A stretch of DNA of 64,000 bases from assembly GCF_964355755.1 (NCBI RefSeq), contig NC_092673.1, positions 19,961,648-20,025,647 on the forward strand. The letters are read 5' to 3'. This document shows, piece after piece, positions 52,221 through 62,036 of the stretch (the first letter of the stretch is position 1; every line of letters starts with the position of its first letter). The translations under genes and the position numbers were made by a program. The DNA comes from Antedon mediterranea (taxonomy: Eukaryota; Animalia; Echinodermata). The notes under the pieces were generated by a model. That model saw only the letters and a list, made by a program, of their open reading frames with translations. It was not told where the DNA came from and searched no databases.

Positions 52221-55200
52221 TTAAAATTTAATTTGAATGGCTTCATGATAGCTATAATAAATTGGAATTACTTCAGCCTGTACTGAATCAAGACCTTTGC
52301 TATAAACATGATCAATCAATGTATTGTTTTCAGTTGTAGAACATGTAACATGTTGTTTGTACTCATTCTCTGCCATTAAATTATTCACTCTGGAAGATTG
52401 TTTGAAAAGATTTTCATTAAAATCACCCATTACAATACATTTTGTGCTCATTTTATGTAACTCTTCCAAATGTTTTCTCAAATTTTGACAGAATTGATTA
52501 ATATCATAACTTGGGGGTCGATAAATTACTGACACGGCAACAGAAATCGGACTTGTTATTAAAAATGAAACTGCTTCTATATCATTATTACATATGTTTA
52601 ATCTGCTTGAAGACGTATTCTTTGCATACACTGCAACGCCACCATGAGCCTGATGTTTTATTTTGGAACTGAGATCATTTGTATTAGAATACGAATCATA
52701 CCTTGCTTGGTGATACAATTTATACGGCTCAATGCGTACGTCAAAAAAATCATCATCCTTGTTTAACCATGTTTCAGTTAGACATATGACATTAGAATTC
52801 ATAAACAAATCATTACACTGAAGATCAACAAAATGTTGTTTAAGCCCTTGGATGTTATGTAACATTATTGAAAATCTAGAAGCCGAATCATGACCTTGTT
52901 TATCACATTGTACGTATGAATCCATATTATTTAAGCACTTCTTTATGTTTGGATCACAATAAATCAGACTAGGTTTAAAATTTTCAATAGTAAGTCCAGT
53001 TATTGAAGAAACACGACTGAGGCCTACATATGCTTGACCATGCGTAAAAGTATCTTTAAGGCAAACCACTGCTTTATCCATTGTCATTCCTTGCACTTTA
53101 TGAACTGTGCATGCATATGCTAATTTGAGAGGAAATTGTTTTCGACTGTATTTTTTCCCCATAGATTCTTTAAACATTTCAATTGCCTGAATACCAATGT
53201 CATTATTGTCAAATTTTACTTTAATAGATACTGGTTCGGTGTTATGATCAGGTTTGACTATTTCATCAACATGTCCCATACATCCATTCGTTAAGCCTTT
53301 TTTAACATCTACATTTTTAATCAACATCACTCTGGCATTAATTGCAATCCACAAATAATTTAGTAAACTAGTTTGACGTGAATTCCGAGGTTTGTCACAA
53401 TTTTTGCTCTTTTTCTTGCTATTTACTACACTATCTTCTGCTTTAATGCATACAATGTCTGTACAGGTTTTGTGCAACATTTTTTTATTCCATTCATCAA
53501 CTTGTTTGTTGCGTGGGTAAATATGAACAGCATCTTCACATTCTTCACCTGTTTCACGTGATTTTAGAACTAATAAATCGTTATCAGACAAACAATCATG
53601 TTTTTCTTTTGTACGCAATTTGTTTAACAATAAAGCAAATTGTTTATCTTCTTTTTGCCTCATGATTTGATCTAAGTGTACTTGCTTAAAGTTATCTATC
53701 CACAGTGAGCTTTCCAATGTGTCTTTATATAACGAACTGCCCATCACCGGGGGTAACTGATAAAAATCACCAACAGCAATTACTGAAATGTTACCAAATG
53801 GACTATCGTTGCGTACTTGTTTTATTTGCCTTAATCTTCCGTGGATATACCAAAGTAACCTTTGATTTACCATTGATATTTCATCTATAATAACAATTTG
53901 CAACTGGCCCAATTTATTACGAAGTGCACTTATTTTTTCTTCTCCAAGTGGTTGATACGGAAGTAAAATATTAATCGGGATAGACAAAGCGCTATGAATT
54001 GTTTGGCCTTTAATATTATATGCTGCGATTCCTGTAGGAGCTAATTTCAATATTGACAAATCATCGGGATTTTCCATAATCTTTCCAAGAATACGTGTCG
54101 CTTCATTATAAATACAATTTACCAAATGACTTTTTCCTGTACCAGCGCCTCCAGTTATGAAAGTGTAAAATGCTTCAGGTTTTTTACCATTAACTTTGTC
54201 TAAACACCATTGTCTTGTCTTATAATATATATGTTGTTGTTTTACATTTAAAGATCGAATCATTTTGTTCAATTCTGGTCTTGGAATATTAGATGAATTA
54301 GACTCTACTTTAGATGTAGGATTTTTTTGAATTCCAAAATCTGGAATGAAAAATTCATCTTCTTCATCATCAACCTCTACATTTGGCTTTGGGTTGTCTA
54401 ACCTTTCTTTTTCGCTTTCTGGACATAATAGGCTCCATGCATCTTCTTGTGGTCCAAATTTTGATAAACATTCCTGTGCTTCTTCAACATCATCAGCACT
54501 TTTTTCATATTGTTCCCTGTTTCCATGAACTATTGACTTTACCGTTTTTAATTGACAGCCACATAATTTCACACATCCTTCCTCATGAAAATGTTCGTAC
54601 GTTTCAAAATTTGGAGGTTTTAACTGTTCATCTTTTCGAAATGGTAAAAATAACTGAAGTATACTCAAAAAATATTTCTCAGGTGCTGTATCCATTGGAA
54701 ATCGAGGGTATCTTACTATAGCATTACAAGTTCGTGTTCTTTTTTGGATGAATCCCAACTGTTTTTTTAACTGAAATACATTCTTTTTTTGTTTGTTTCC
54801 TTTCATTTCTGATGAACTCAATATTCTATATTCTGAACAAAATTTTGCAAGGCACATTTTATTAAATTCAGAACTATTAGGTCGAGCTTTATATTTGTCG
54901 ATCTTATTTGGCAACCATGCACTTACATCATCATCTGCTTTGTTTTTAATTACACTTAGTGGTAAACTCATTCTGACAGGATTAGGTCCTACTGGGATAA
55001 ATTCAACTTTCCTTGAACATTCTTTTAATCTTAAACTACAAACACGATAAATACTTTCTTGTGCAGACACTTCTCGGTTATTCATATAAACATTACCAAG
55101 TTTTCGCAAACTTTGCCTAGCATCTTCATTGCCTTCTTTTACTTCTGATGCTGCATGAGATAACAGTAAGCCCATTTCTCGTTCAGATTTAGACATATAT

Positions 55201-58200
55201 CCTATAACGTAAATAATACATGCATATACATTTGTAATATACTGAATATCCATATTAGCATTCCATGCTCTCAATAAGGAAGGATTATATTGATTTACCC
55301 ACACATCTTGAGGGTTTCTTTTTATAACAATTTTTTCCTCAGTAGCTACACAATTATTTGCTTTCTCAAATGCACTCTGTGTAATACCTAAACTTTGGAA
55401 AAGTTCTATTGCATTTTGATATGTTTCTTCATTAGTCACAGCATTTTTTACCGAGGTTAATAGCTCCGTTGCTTGTTTATTGTCATCATTATCATCACTA
55501 TCTTTATCCACAATTGTAGGTCTCATAACAAATGTATTTCCAGAAGGTTGTCTGGGGAAGTGAAATCTGCAGTTTGTTCCCTTTTTTTTACATGATTTAG
55601 AATGTCTTTTACTGTGAATTTGCACACTTTTAACAATTTCATTCAGCTCAGGATCTACAGTTTCACATGGTACAGCACAAGAAATATATTTATCGACAAA
55701 ATTAATAACGTCGTTATCTTTATCTGTACCAAAAATAGGAGCATTTTCAACCCATACTAACATATGAACATGTGGACTTCCTCTCATTTGAAATTCAATT
55801 CGGTAAAAATAATCTATGACTTTACCAATCGGCTGTGCTTCAGACAAAATTACATTTTTCAAAAAAGTATGAAAGCGCTTGTCAAACATTCTGGCAACAG
55901 TCACTGGATTTGATTTTAACAAATTACATTTATCTGCCCATTCCAATTCTTCAATGTTTCTTTGGTCTCCTGTCTGACTTAACAATGTCGTCATTATTTC
56001 TTTCCAACGGAAGTCTGCACTAGAGAATGAAAGAAAGAATGTTGGCTTTCCAATCTGTCTAACCATTGCTATTACATCTTTCTGTGTAGCTTGCCAGTAC
56101 GGTGGAGTTCCACGAATTTGTTTTAAAAATTTATAACCCCTATCAGATTTTAAAATTTCCTCAATTTTGGTAACATTTTTTAAATCGGACACAGTAACTT
56201 TACTAAAGTCATCCTTTTTACTTGACCCTTTTCGCAATGCAATGGAAATACTTGATAAAATTTGTTGAAGTTCATATAAAGATTGAGCATAAAAAATGAA
56301 TTCTGTATTTTGTGCAAACCTGTTATCTATATGCATTAATCTATTATGAAAATAACGTCCGAGTGTTATTTTAACATCTCTTGTATCATGAAATGTTGGT
56401 TGGCCTGTTGGAAATAACACTGGAAATGATTTTGCTTCATTACTTTTATTACTTAATAATGCAATAGGGCTATTATTTTCACACGGTGCACAACAAATTA
56501 TGTCATTAAAATATTCATCAACCAGATTTTGTCGCCTGTCAACAGGTTGGAGACTTGTATCAAAGATAGCACCACACAATCGGTCTTCTACTTCTTCCTC
56601 TTCTTCTTCATTGTTTTCTACACATGTGTGATTTTCATGTACATTATTATTTGCATTTTCGATGTTTTCTTCAGATAAATAATTATGCCATTCTTCATTA
56701 ATAGCTATATCAAAATAGCACTTGTTATGGTCTTGTAAATATCTAAGAGCTTGAATAACATTAGCAGTGTTAACAAATTTATATTTGTAATAACCTTTGT
56801 AAGACAACTTTCGCTTCAATTTTACGGATATTAATTGATCATCAACCTCTGGTCTAGGGAGCATTTTTACAGTTTCTATAGTATTTGATGGTACACATAC
56901 GACTGGTCCATGTATTCCATGCTGTCCACCTTTCGGTAAATTCATTAATTTCATAAAAGGAATGTTTAATCCAATCAAATGCTGCTCTAAATTATTTAAA
57001 CACCTGAGCTCAGGAGGAATATCGTGTAGTTGTAAATTGTTTGAATTGGCTTCTGCAGGAACATTCCCGTTTAACAATTTCCTGTGGCATGTGAAACAAA
57101 TCCATAAATGACACCTTGGTGACTCGACAAATTGACAAGGTTTATTACATTCATTATTGCAAATATGCAAATACTTTTCATTTATACAAGCCTTATTTTT
57201 GTATTTAGCTTTGATGCACTTCATAACTTGATCTTTGAATAACAATTTAAAGCATACACAACAAACATATTCAGGACCATGAGAAACTGTTTTCCTGAAG
57301 TTTTCTAAAACAAACGCAAAATTAGTGTTTTTTCTTTGGATTTTTTCCCGATTCTTCATGTTTTTGTTCATAATTTTTTTTCGGAACCCTTCATCGCCAT
57401 GATACTTTTCTGTAAATTTTTCCTTACACCTTTGACGGAATTTTAAATTACCTTGATATTTCTCAGCCAATTTTAGTTTACAATTTTGTCTAAATTTCAA
57501 ATTACTCCGATACTTTTCTGCCAATTTTTCTTTGCATTTTTGTCTAAATTTCAAATTACTCCGATACTTTTCTGCCAATTTGTTTTTGCATTTGTGTCTA
57601 AATTTCAAATTACTCCGATACTTCTCAGCCAATTTTTCTTTACAGTTTTGTCTAAATTTCAAATTACTCCGATACTTCTCAGCCAATTTTTCTTTACAGT
57701 TTTGTCTAAATTTCAAATTACTCCGATACTTCTCTGCCAATTTTTGGGTAACGTTTTCTCTGAATTTTGAATTATTACAATACTTCTCTGCTAATTTTTG
57801 CTTCAAGTTTTGTCGAAATGTTGGATCATTGTGATACTTTTCTTTATTTCTTTGATTATTTTTTTGCATAGTTTTACGCCTAAAGATTGTGTCATTGTTG
57901 TATTTATTCTTCTTTATTTCTTTCAAATTTTGCGCAAATTTTTCATTAAATTTATAATTTAACAAATTGTTGAATTTTTTGGTTGTTCGGTAATCAAAAT
58001 CAATGTTGTAGTTATGTTTAGCTTTATTTCGTACATTAACATTATATTCAGGTTCACATCTATACTTTTTGTGTTGTCTTTCTCTGTTTTCTTTCCTTTT
58101 TTGGAATTTATAATTATCATCACCATATCTTATTTTGTGTGCCTCTTTTGCTTTACGTTTCTTTTTCTCTCTGTATACAGAATCACTTTGATATTTGTTT

Positions 58201-61200
58201 CCGATTTCATTTGTTTCTTCTGATTTATTTTTTTCTTCTTTTTCCCGTTTAATTCTCTGTCGATTCTTTTCTCTTTCTTTTTTAATTCTATAAGATTGTT
58301 TTCGTTTTCCGCTCAATATTTTTACTTTGCTTTCTGAACAAGGTCTTTCACCAGTTTTACTCTGTTTGTGTTTTGGTTCTATATCTTCAAATGTGTCACA
58401 AGTTTCATTTCCCGTTTGCTTTCGTTTCTTTGTTGTAGAATTCTTTACAGAAAAATTCGCCTCTGTATTTGACAGTTTATTGTGCGATGTCACATTCATA
58501 TCAACTTGTCCTGTTGTTTCCTGAACATTATTTTGACTGACATTAACAGATTCCACTACATTAAAATGCACATTCATGGTGTACAAAATATATATACCAT
58601 TGTCAGTTGTAACATCATCTATTCCTCCCGGCTTTTTAGCAGAAAACAATTGCCACGTCAAAAGTTGATCATTAAATGAATAAATATCTGTATTAAGCAA
58701 GTTTGCCATTGCACTTATTTCAGTATTGGATGCCCACGTTCCATTATCCATTACTCTTTTTTTTAACACATATTCCTTAACTGATCTATATTCGTGACTA
58801 AATGTATTAATAAACAAGTCACCAGTCTCCAATAAATGATTAGTAATTGCTCTTCTTAAAAGAAAATGATTATCTTCAGTACCAGAAATAATGTATGAAA
58901 TTGCACGATAAAAACAATTACCATCACCTGTAATATTCGTAATTTGAAGAGGATGTCCAATCTGACTAGCTCTGTTAATACCACAATTCATATCGGTATG
59001 TTCACAATGAATGCCTACTTCATTACACATGTTTTTCTTTTGTGCTTCTGAGATAGGAATAAATTTAAAATTCTTGTCAGGTCTTTCTCCATACTGAACA
59101 TTAACAATTTCAATATCACTATCACTTTGCCATCCATTACTTGATGAAACATGACCTTCTTTATTATGTTTTTTGCCTTTAACGTTAGAATCAATATTCT
59201 TGTCTGGTAATCTTGTACTACATTTATACTGATAAGACGTACTAGGTTCATCAACATCGACGTTTCCCAAGTTTCTTTGTTCACAATTATCATCGAGCAC
59301 AGAAGCGGAACATAACATCATAGACTTATTTTCAATATTTACACCAGTCAGTTCAAACTCGGTTTCATGTAAATTACAGTTCATTGACCTTGCTAATCTT
59401 ATACAATAATCGTACACACCTTGCCAAGATGGACTGTAAATTAAAATACTCTTTCCATGTTCACTAACACAACCAAATCGATCTCTTGCATGTGGATCAA
59501 ATATAAGAAATCCATTTACACGTTTGATAATAGAAAATGTGCTTCTGTTGAAATTCATAAAAAATGCATCATGTTGATGTAATTCTTGTTCAAGAGCTTG
59601 GTTTAATGACAAGGCTCCATATTCAGCCATAAATTCGAGATTCCCATCTATTATGCCAAAAACTGATTCTTTTGGAGATATTACAAATGTGTTATCCAAG
59701 ATATCCAATTCTTTCGGCAGTTCAGAAATCATCAAAAGGTCCTCATGCATAGTGGAATCTTTCTGAATGTAACGGTACAACTCGTTTCCAAGAGTCAATA
59801 TTGTATCAAGGTCTTTGGTGTAAAATTCATTTCCATTTATCTTTGTAGAATAAAGAATAGCTACAAGACTATTTGCAACACACTGTTTACCACCTGCAAA
59901 GCCAAATCTATAATTCCCTTGATTGAAACTACCCTGTGCTATAGTTATATTATTATCATTACTATTATATAGTTGCAATTCATTTATTGATTGTGTATTC
60001 TGCCTTATTGGTGCATTCTTTTGTTTTGATCTCTCATCGATTATCAATTCTTCCGAAAAATTATTTTTTGTTAAAACTTCAATATCCACATCGATAGCAT
60101 GTTGGTCACATTTAGGTTTAGTATGGGACCTAATTTTTTCAGTCACTGCTTTTTTAGATCCGTCATCAATTATCGATACTTCGTTTTCGTCAAATTCACA
60201 ACTTTTATGATCTGTACCATTACTATCAATTATTCTACTTCTGTCATTCATTTTGCTATTATTTTGTGCTTTCGCATCGTCAGTCGCTGTGTTGTCGTTT
60301 TCTACAGTACATTTCATTTTAAAATCCTCGTCAGTTTTCGTTTCAGAATTGTCATTATTACCCATGTTCTTTATATCTTTCATAGTATCGCAATCATTCT
60401 TTAAATTCACATTACCTTGTGCTTTTTTGTTATCAATCTTCTTAGTTTTGACAAAACGACCTTTGTTATTTCGTAAACGTTTCGAACCACCACCTGATTG
60501 TTGTTGTATTCCGTTTGTTACTTTGGTATTTTTCAAAACATCACACATAGGCCTACCACTGTCATCAATTATTGTTTGTGAATTTCCCAATACATTCGTT
60601 TTAGCATTTTCTTTGTTGTATTCTCTGTAAGTATTTGTATTCATATTCCATTCCATTTTGTTATTATTTCGTCTTTCATAGAAATCTTTTACACCTTTGC
60701 CAATATATTTTACACCTGGTTCTATACTTATACCATTTATAACGCGCTTTCTCCTTTTCTTATTTCCTCTATTTTTACATCTTTTTTTTCTGTTGTCGGT
60801 TGTTTTCTTTGATTTTACCCTTATCCAATCACTACCAAGTAAATCTTCACTTCCTGTTTGTTGACATTTTTTTAATTTGGCATTATTACGTTTTTCCTTA
60901 TTTTTCGTTAAGTCTGCAGTGACAGATTCATCAGGTTCTAGAATCGTATATCTATTGAAATGACAGGGAATACCTATTTCACCCAACATGTTATCAACAA
61001 AATTACTATTCCCACACATTGAACAAATCCAAATTACCCTGGAATTACATAGTTTGTCTTCAAAAACATCTCTTACACATTTCACATGAAAATATTGACT
61101 ACAACAGTCACATGTTATGCAATTGTCGTCTGCTTTCACTTCAATACTACACAAATCGCATGTATCATCAAACTCTGAAGTGACCTGTGTACCATAAGAT

Positions 61201-61538
61201 AATATGTTTATGATATCATCAATTATTTCTTTAAATTCCGTTGTATCTTTGATAACTTCACAATCGACATTACCTGTATCATCATTTTCCAGTTTTATAG
61301 TGCTCATGTCTTTGACATTCTTAGATAAGCAACATTGGTCAAGTAGGTCCAAGATTTCATCAATGACTGTTTCAAATTCTGTTGTATCTATAATACCACT
61401 ATCAACATTACCAGCTGTATTGACATTATTGTACTCTTTATTTGTATTTTCTTTATTATTCTTAAAAAAGCACCATAACATTAAGAAGAACATTAAAAAC
61501 AACATACCAATAATAAAGATTATTAATAGTGTATCCAT
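52221..61538 (-). CDS. Helentron (Helitron2/HLE2) RepHel transposase with C-terminal AP-like endonuclease and N-terminal PHD, C76-like and OTU cysteine-protease domains, 3105 aa
   Basis: HUH Rep motifs GKPTFFLSFS, YFYRIEFQMRGSPHVHMLVW and YVIGYMSK (~55190-56050). PIF1/SF1B helicase GGAGTGKS, IIDEISMV, VGDFYQLPPV, TVHKVQGMT, QAYVGLSRV (~52960-54260). EEP/APE motifs HNIQGL, CLTETWL, YRPP, GDFN, IDHVY, SYH (~52224-52870). OTU GDGNCFYRAIS...W...HF (~58550-58940). C76-like GSFNQG...QC...FDPH (~59340-59945). PHD C4HC3 (~61010-61160). The ORF is uninterrupted. Confidence 0.95.
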   Translation of the reverse strand: MDTLLIIFIIGMLFLMFFLMLWCFFKNNKENTNKEYNNVNTAGNVDSGIIDTTEFETVIDEILDLLDQCCLSKNVKDMSTIKLENDDTGNVDCEVIKDTTEFKEIIDDIINILSYGTQVTSEFDDTCDLCSIEVKADDNCITCDCCSQYFHVKCVRDVFEDKLCNSRVIWICSMCGNSNFVDNMLGEIGIPCHFNRYTILEPDESVTADLTKNKEKRNNAKLKKCQQTGSEDLLGSDWIRVKSKKTTDNRKKRCKNRGNKKRRKRVINGISIEPGVKYIGKGVKDFYERRNNNKMEWNMNTNTYREYNKENAKTNVLGNSQTIIDDSGRPMCDVLKNTKVTNGIQQQSGGGSKRLRNNKGRFVKTKKIDNKKAQGNVNLKNDCDTMKDIKNMGNNDNSETKTDEDFKMKCTVENDNTATDDAKAQNNSKMNDRSRIIDSNGTDHKSCEFDENEVSIIDDGSKKAVTEKIRSHTKPKCDQHAIDVDIEVLTKNNFSEELIIDERSKQKNAPIRQNTQSINELQLYNSNDNNITIAQGSFNQGNYRFGFAGGKQCVANSLVAILYSTKINGNEFYTKDLDTILTLGNELYRYIQKDSTMHEDLLMISELPKELDILDNTFVISPKESVFGIIDGNLEFMAEYGALSLNQALEQELHQHDAFFMNFNRSTFSIIKRVNGFLIFDPHARDRFGCVSEHGKSILIYSPSWQGVYDYCIRLARSMNCNLHETEFELTGVNIENKSMMLCSASVLDDNCEQRNLGNVDVDEPSTSYQYKCSTRLPDKNIDSNVKGKKHNKEGHVSSSNGWQSDSDIEIVNVQYGERPDKNFKFIPISEAQKKNMCNEVGIHCEHTDMNCGINRASQIGHPLQITNITGDGNCFYRAISYIISGTEDNHFLLRRAITNHLLETGDLFINTFSHEYRSVKEYVLKKRVMDNGTWASNTEISAMANLLNTDIYSFNDQLLTWQLFSAKKPGGIDDVTTDNGIYILYTMNVHFNVVESVNVSQNNVQETTGQVDMNVTSHNKLSNTEANFSVKNSTTKKRKQTGNETCDTFEDIEPKHKQSKTGERPCSESKVKILSGKRKQSYRIKKEREKNRQRIKREKEEKNKSEETNEIGNKYQSDSVYREKKKRKAKEAHKIRYGDDNYKFQKRKENRERQHKKYRCEPEYNVNVRNKAKHNYNIDFDYRTTKKFNNLLNYKFNEKFAQNLKEIKKNKYNNDTIFRRKTMQKNNQRNKEKYHNDPTFRQNLKQKLAEKYCNNSKFRENVTQKLAEKYRSNLKFRQNCKEKLAEKYRSNLKFRQNCKEKLAEKYRSNLKFRHKCKNKLAEKYRSNLKFRQKCKEKLAEKYRSNLKFRQNCKLKLAEKYQGNLKFRQRCKEKFTEKYHGDEGFRKKIMNKNMKNREKIQRKNTNFAFVLENFRKTVSHGPEYVCCVCFKLLFKDQVMKCIKAKYKNKACINEKYLHICNNECNKPCQFVESPRCHLWICFTCHRKLLNGNVPAEANSNNLQLHDIPPELRCLNNLEQHLIGLNIPFMKLMNLPKGGQHGIHGPVVCVPSNTIETVKMLPRPEVDDQLISVKLKRKLSYKGYYKYKFVNTANVIQALRYLQDHNKCYFDIAINEEWHNYLSEENIENANNNVHENHTCVENNEEEEEEVEDRLCGAIFDTSLQPVDRRQNLVDEYFNDIICCAPCENNSPIALLSNKSNEAKSFPVLFPTGQPTFHDTRDVKITLGRYFHNRLMHIDNRFAQNTEFIFYAQSLYELQQILSSISIALRKGSSKKDDFSKVTVSDLKNVTKIEEILKSDRGYKFLKQIRGTPPYWQATQKDVIAMVRQIGKPTFFLSFSSADFRWKEIMTTLLSQTGDQRNIEELEWADKCNLLKSNPVTVARMFDKRFHTFLKNVILSEAQPIGKVIDYFYRIEFQMRGSPHVHMLVWVENAPIFGTDKDNDVINFVDKYISCAVPCETVDPELNEIVKSVQIHSKRHSKSCKKKGTNCRFHFPRQPSGNTFVMRPTIVDKDSDDNDDNKQATELLTSVKNAVTNEETYQNAIELFQSLGITQSAFEKANNCVATEEKIVIKRNPQDVWVNQYNPSLLRAWNANMDIQYITNVYACIIYVIGYMSKSEREMGLLLSHAASEVKEGNEDARQSLRKLGNVYMNNREVSAQESIYRVCSLRLKECSRKVEFIPVGPNPVRMSLPLSVIKNKADDDVSAWLPNKIDKYKARPNSSEFNKMCLAKFCSEYRILSSSEMKGNKQKKNVFQLKKQLGFIQKRTRTCNAIVRYPRFPMDTAPEKYFLSILQLFLPFRKDEQLKPPNFETYEHFHEEGCVKLCGCQLKTVKSIVHGNREQYEKSADDVEEAQECLSKFGPQEDAWSLLCPESEKERLDNPKPNVEVDDEEDEFFIPDFGIQKNPTSKVESNSSNIPRPELNKMIRSLNVKQQHIYYKTRQWCLDKVNGKKPEAFYTFITGGAGTGKSHLVNCIYNEATRILGKIMENPDDLSILKLAPTGIAAYNIKGQTIHSALSIPINILLPYQPLGEEKISALRNKLGQLQIVIIDEISMVNQRLLWYIHGRLRQIKQVRNDSPFGNISVIAVGDFYQLPPVMGSSLYKDTLESSLWIDNFKQVHLDQIMRQKEDKQFALLLNKLRTKEKHDCLSDNDLLVLKSRETGEECEDAVHIYPRNKQVDEWNKKMLHKTCTDIVCIKAEDSVVNSKKKSKNCDKPRNSRQTSLLNYLWIAINARVMLIKNVDVKKGLTNGCMGHVDEIVKPDHNTEPVSIKVKFDNNDIGIQAIEMFKESMGKKYSRKQFPLKLAYACTVHKVQGMTMDKAVVCLKDTFTHGQAYVGLSRVSSITGLTIENFKPSLIYCDPNIKKCLNNMDSYVQCDKQGHDSASRFSIMLHNIQGLKQHFVDLQCNDLFMNSNVICLTETWLNKDDDFFDVRIEPYKLYHQARYDSYSNTNDLSSKIKHQAHGGVAVYAKNTSSSRLNICNNDIEAVSFLITSPISVAVSVIYRPPSYDINQFCQNLRKHLEELHKMSTKCIVMGDFNENLFKQSSRVNNLMAENEYKQHVTCSTTENNTLIDHVYSKGLDSVQAEVIPIYYSYHEAIQIKF
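57375..57850 (-). repeat. In-frame 54-bp tandem repeat encoding ~8 copies of an 18-aa basic unit (KLAEKYRSNLKFRQNCKE)
   Basis: TGTCTAAATTTCAAATTACTCCGATACTT recurs every 54 bp, and the translation shows the repeat. Confidence 0.9.
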
Positions 61539-61740
61539 TATGTATGGTTAATCAAATCCAGAAATTGTTTTCAAATTCTATACAATTGATGTATTCTACT
61601 TCGTAATTACTTTATACAAATATGTTTTTTTTCCTGCTAAACTTATATTTATCTTTCCAAATTGTGTTTCGAGACAACTAATGTTTATATTCACTACGCC
61701 TAACTTTTTTGGTTCTGCAAAAGCCTTGATAAAGTTTCTA

Positions 61741-61787
61741 TAGATAATAGAAAGATAGATAGATTTAGATAGATAGATAGATAATAG
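61741..61787. repeat. Imperfect (GATA)n microsatellite
   Basis: TAGATAATAGAAAGATAGATAGATTTAGATAGATAGATAGATAATAG. Confidence 0.75.
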
Positions 61788-61920
61788 ACTGCTGTCTATA
61801 AAAAGATTTGAGATTTCGTTTTATTCATCCAGTGGAGATAATGCTTAAAATAATTCATCCAGTGGAGATTTTGCTTTAAATTTGCTTTCGTTGTTGCTGT
61901 TTTGTAATACTTATAATCGG

Positions 61921-62000
61921 TTAATCCTCGTTGGTACTCTCTTTCGGAGAGCAGGATCTCTTTCGGAGATCCGGGTCTCTTCTGAGACCCAGCGGATTAA
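61921..62000. other. GC-rich cluster of three adjacent stem-loops inside a TTAATCC...GGATTAA outer inverted repeat
   Basis: CTCTC-TTTCG-GAGAG (61937-51), GGATCTC-TTTCG-GAGATCC (61954-72), GGGTCTC-TTCT-GAGACCC (61973-90). Function unknown. Confidence 0.6.
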
Positions 62001-62012
62001 TTCTTCAAAACT

Positions 62013-62036
62013 CTGCAATAAAAGAGAAAGAAAAAT
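62013..62036 (-). promoter_or_regulatory. Candidate splice acceptor upstream of the RepHel ORF
   Basis: Minus strand TTTTTCTTTCTCTTTTATTGCAG, a polypyrimidine tract plus CAG ~475 nt upstream of the ATG. Usage is unproven. Confidence 0.35.

Noticed and set aside
52221-52870. Separate non-LTR retrotransposon (LINE) suggested by the AP endonuclease
   Set aside because: The domain is fused in frame to the helicase and no reverse transcriptase is present, which is the known Helentron arrangement.
59340-59945. Endogenous herpesvirus or other large DNA virus suggested by the C76-like protease
   Set aside because: No capsid, polymerase or terminase genes are present; the domain lies inside the RepHel ORF.
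53705-61551. Plus-strand and alternate-frame ORFs overlapping the RepHel gene
   Set aside because: Antisense shadows of a long AT-rich coding sequence and its 54-bp repeat; no independent motifs.
61921-62000. tRNA or hammerhead ribozyme identity for the triple hairpin
   Set aside because: No T-loop GTTC or D-loop consensus and no 7-nt anticodon loop; no CUGANGA core on either strand.
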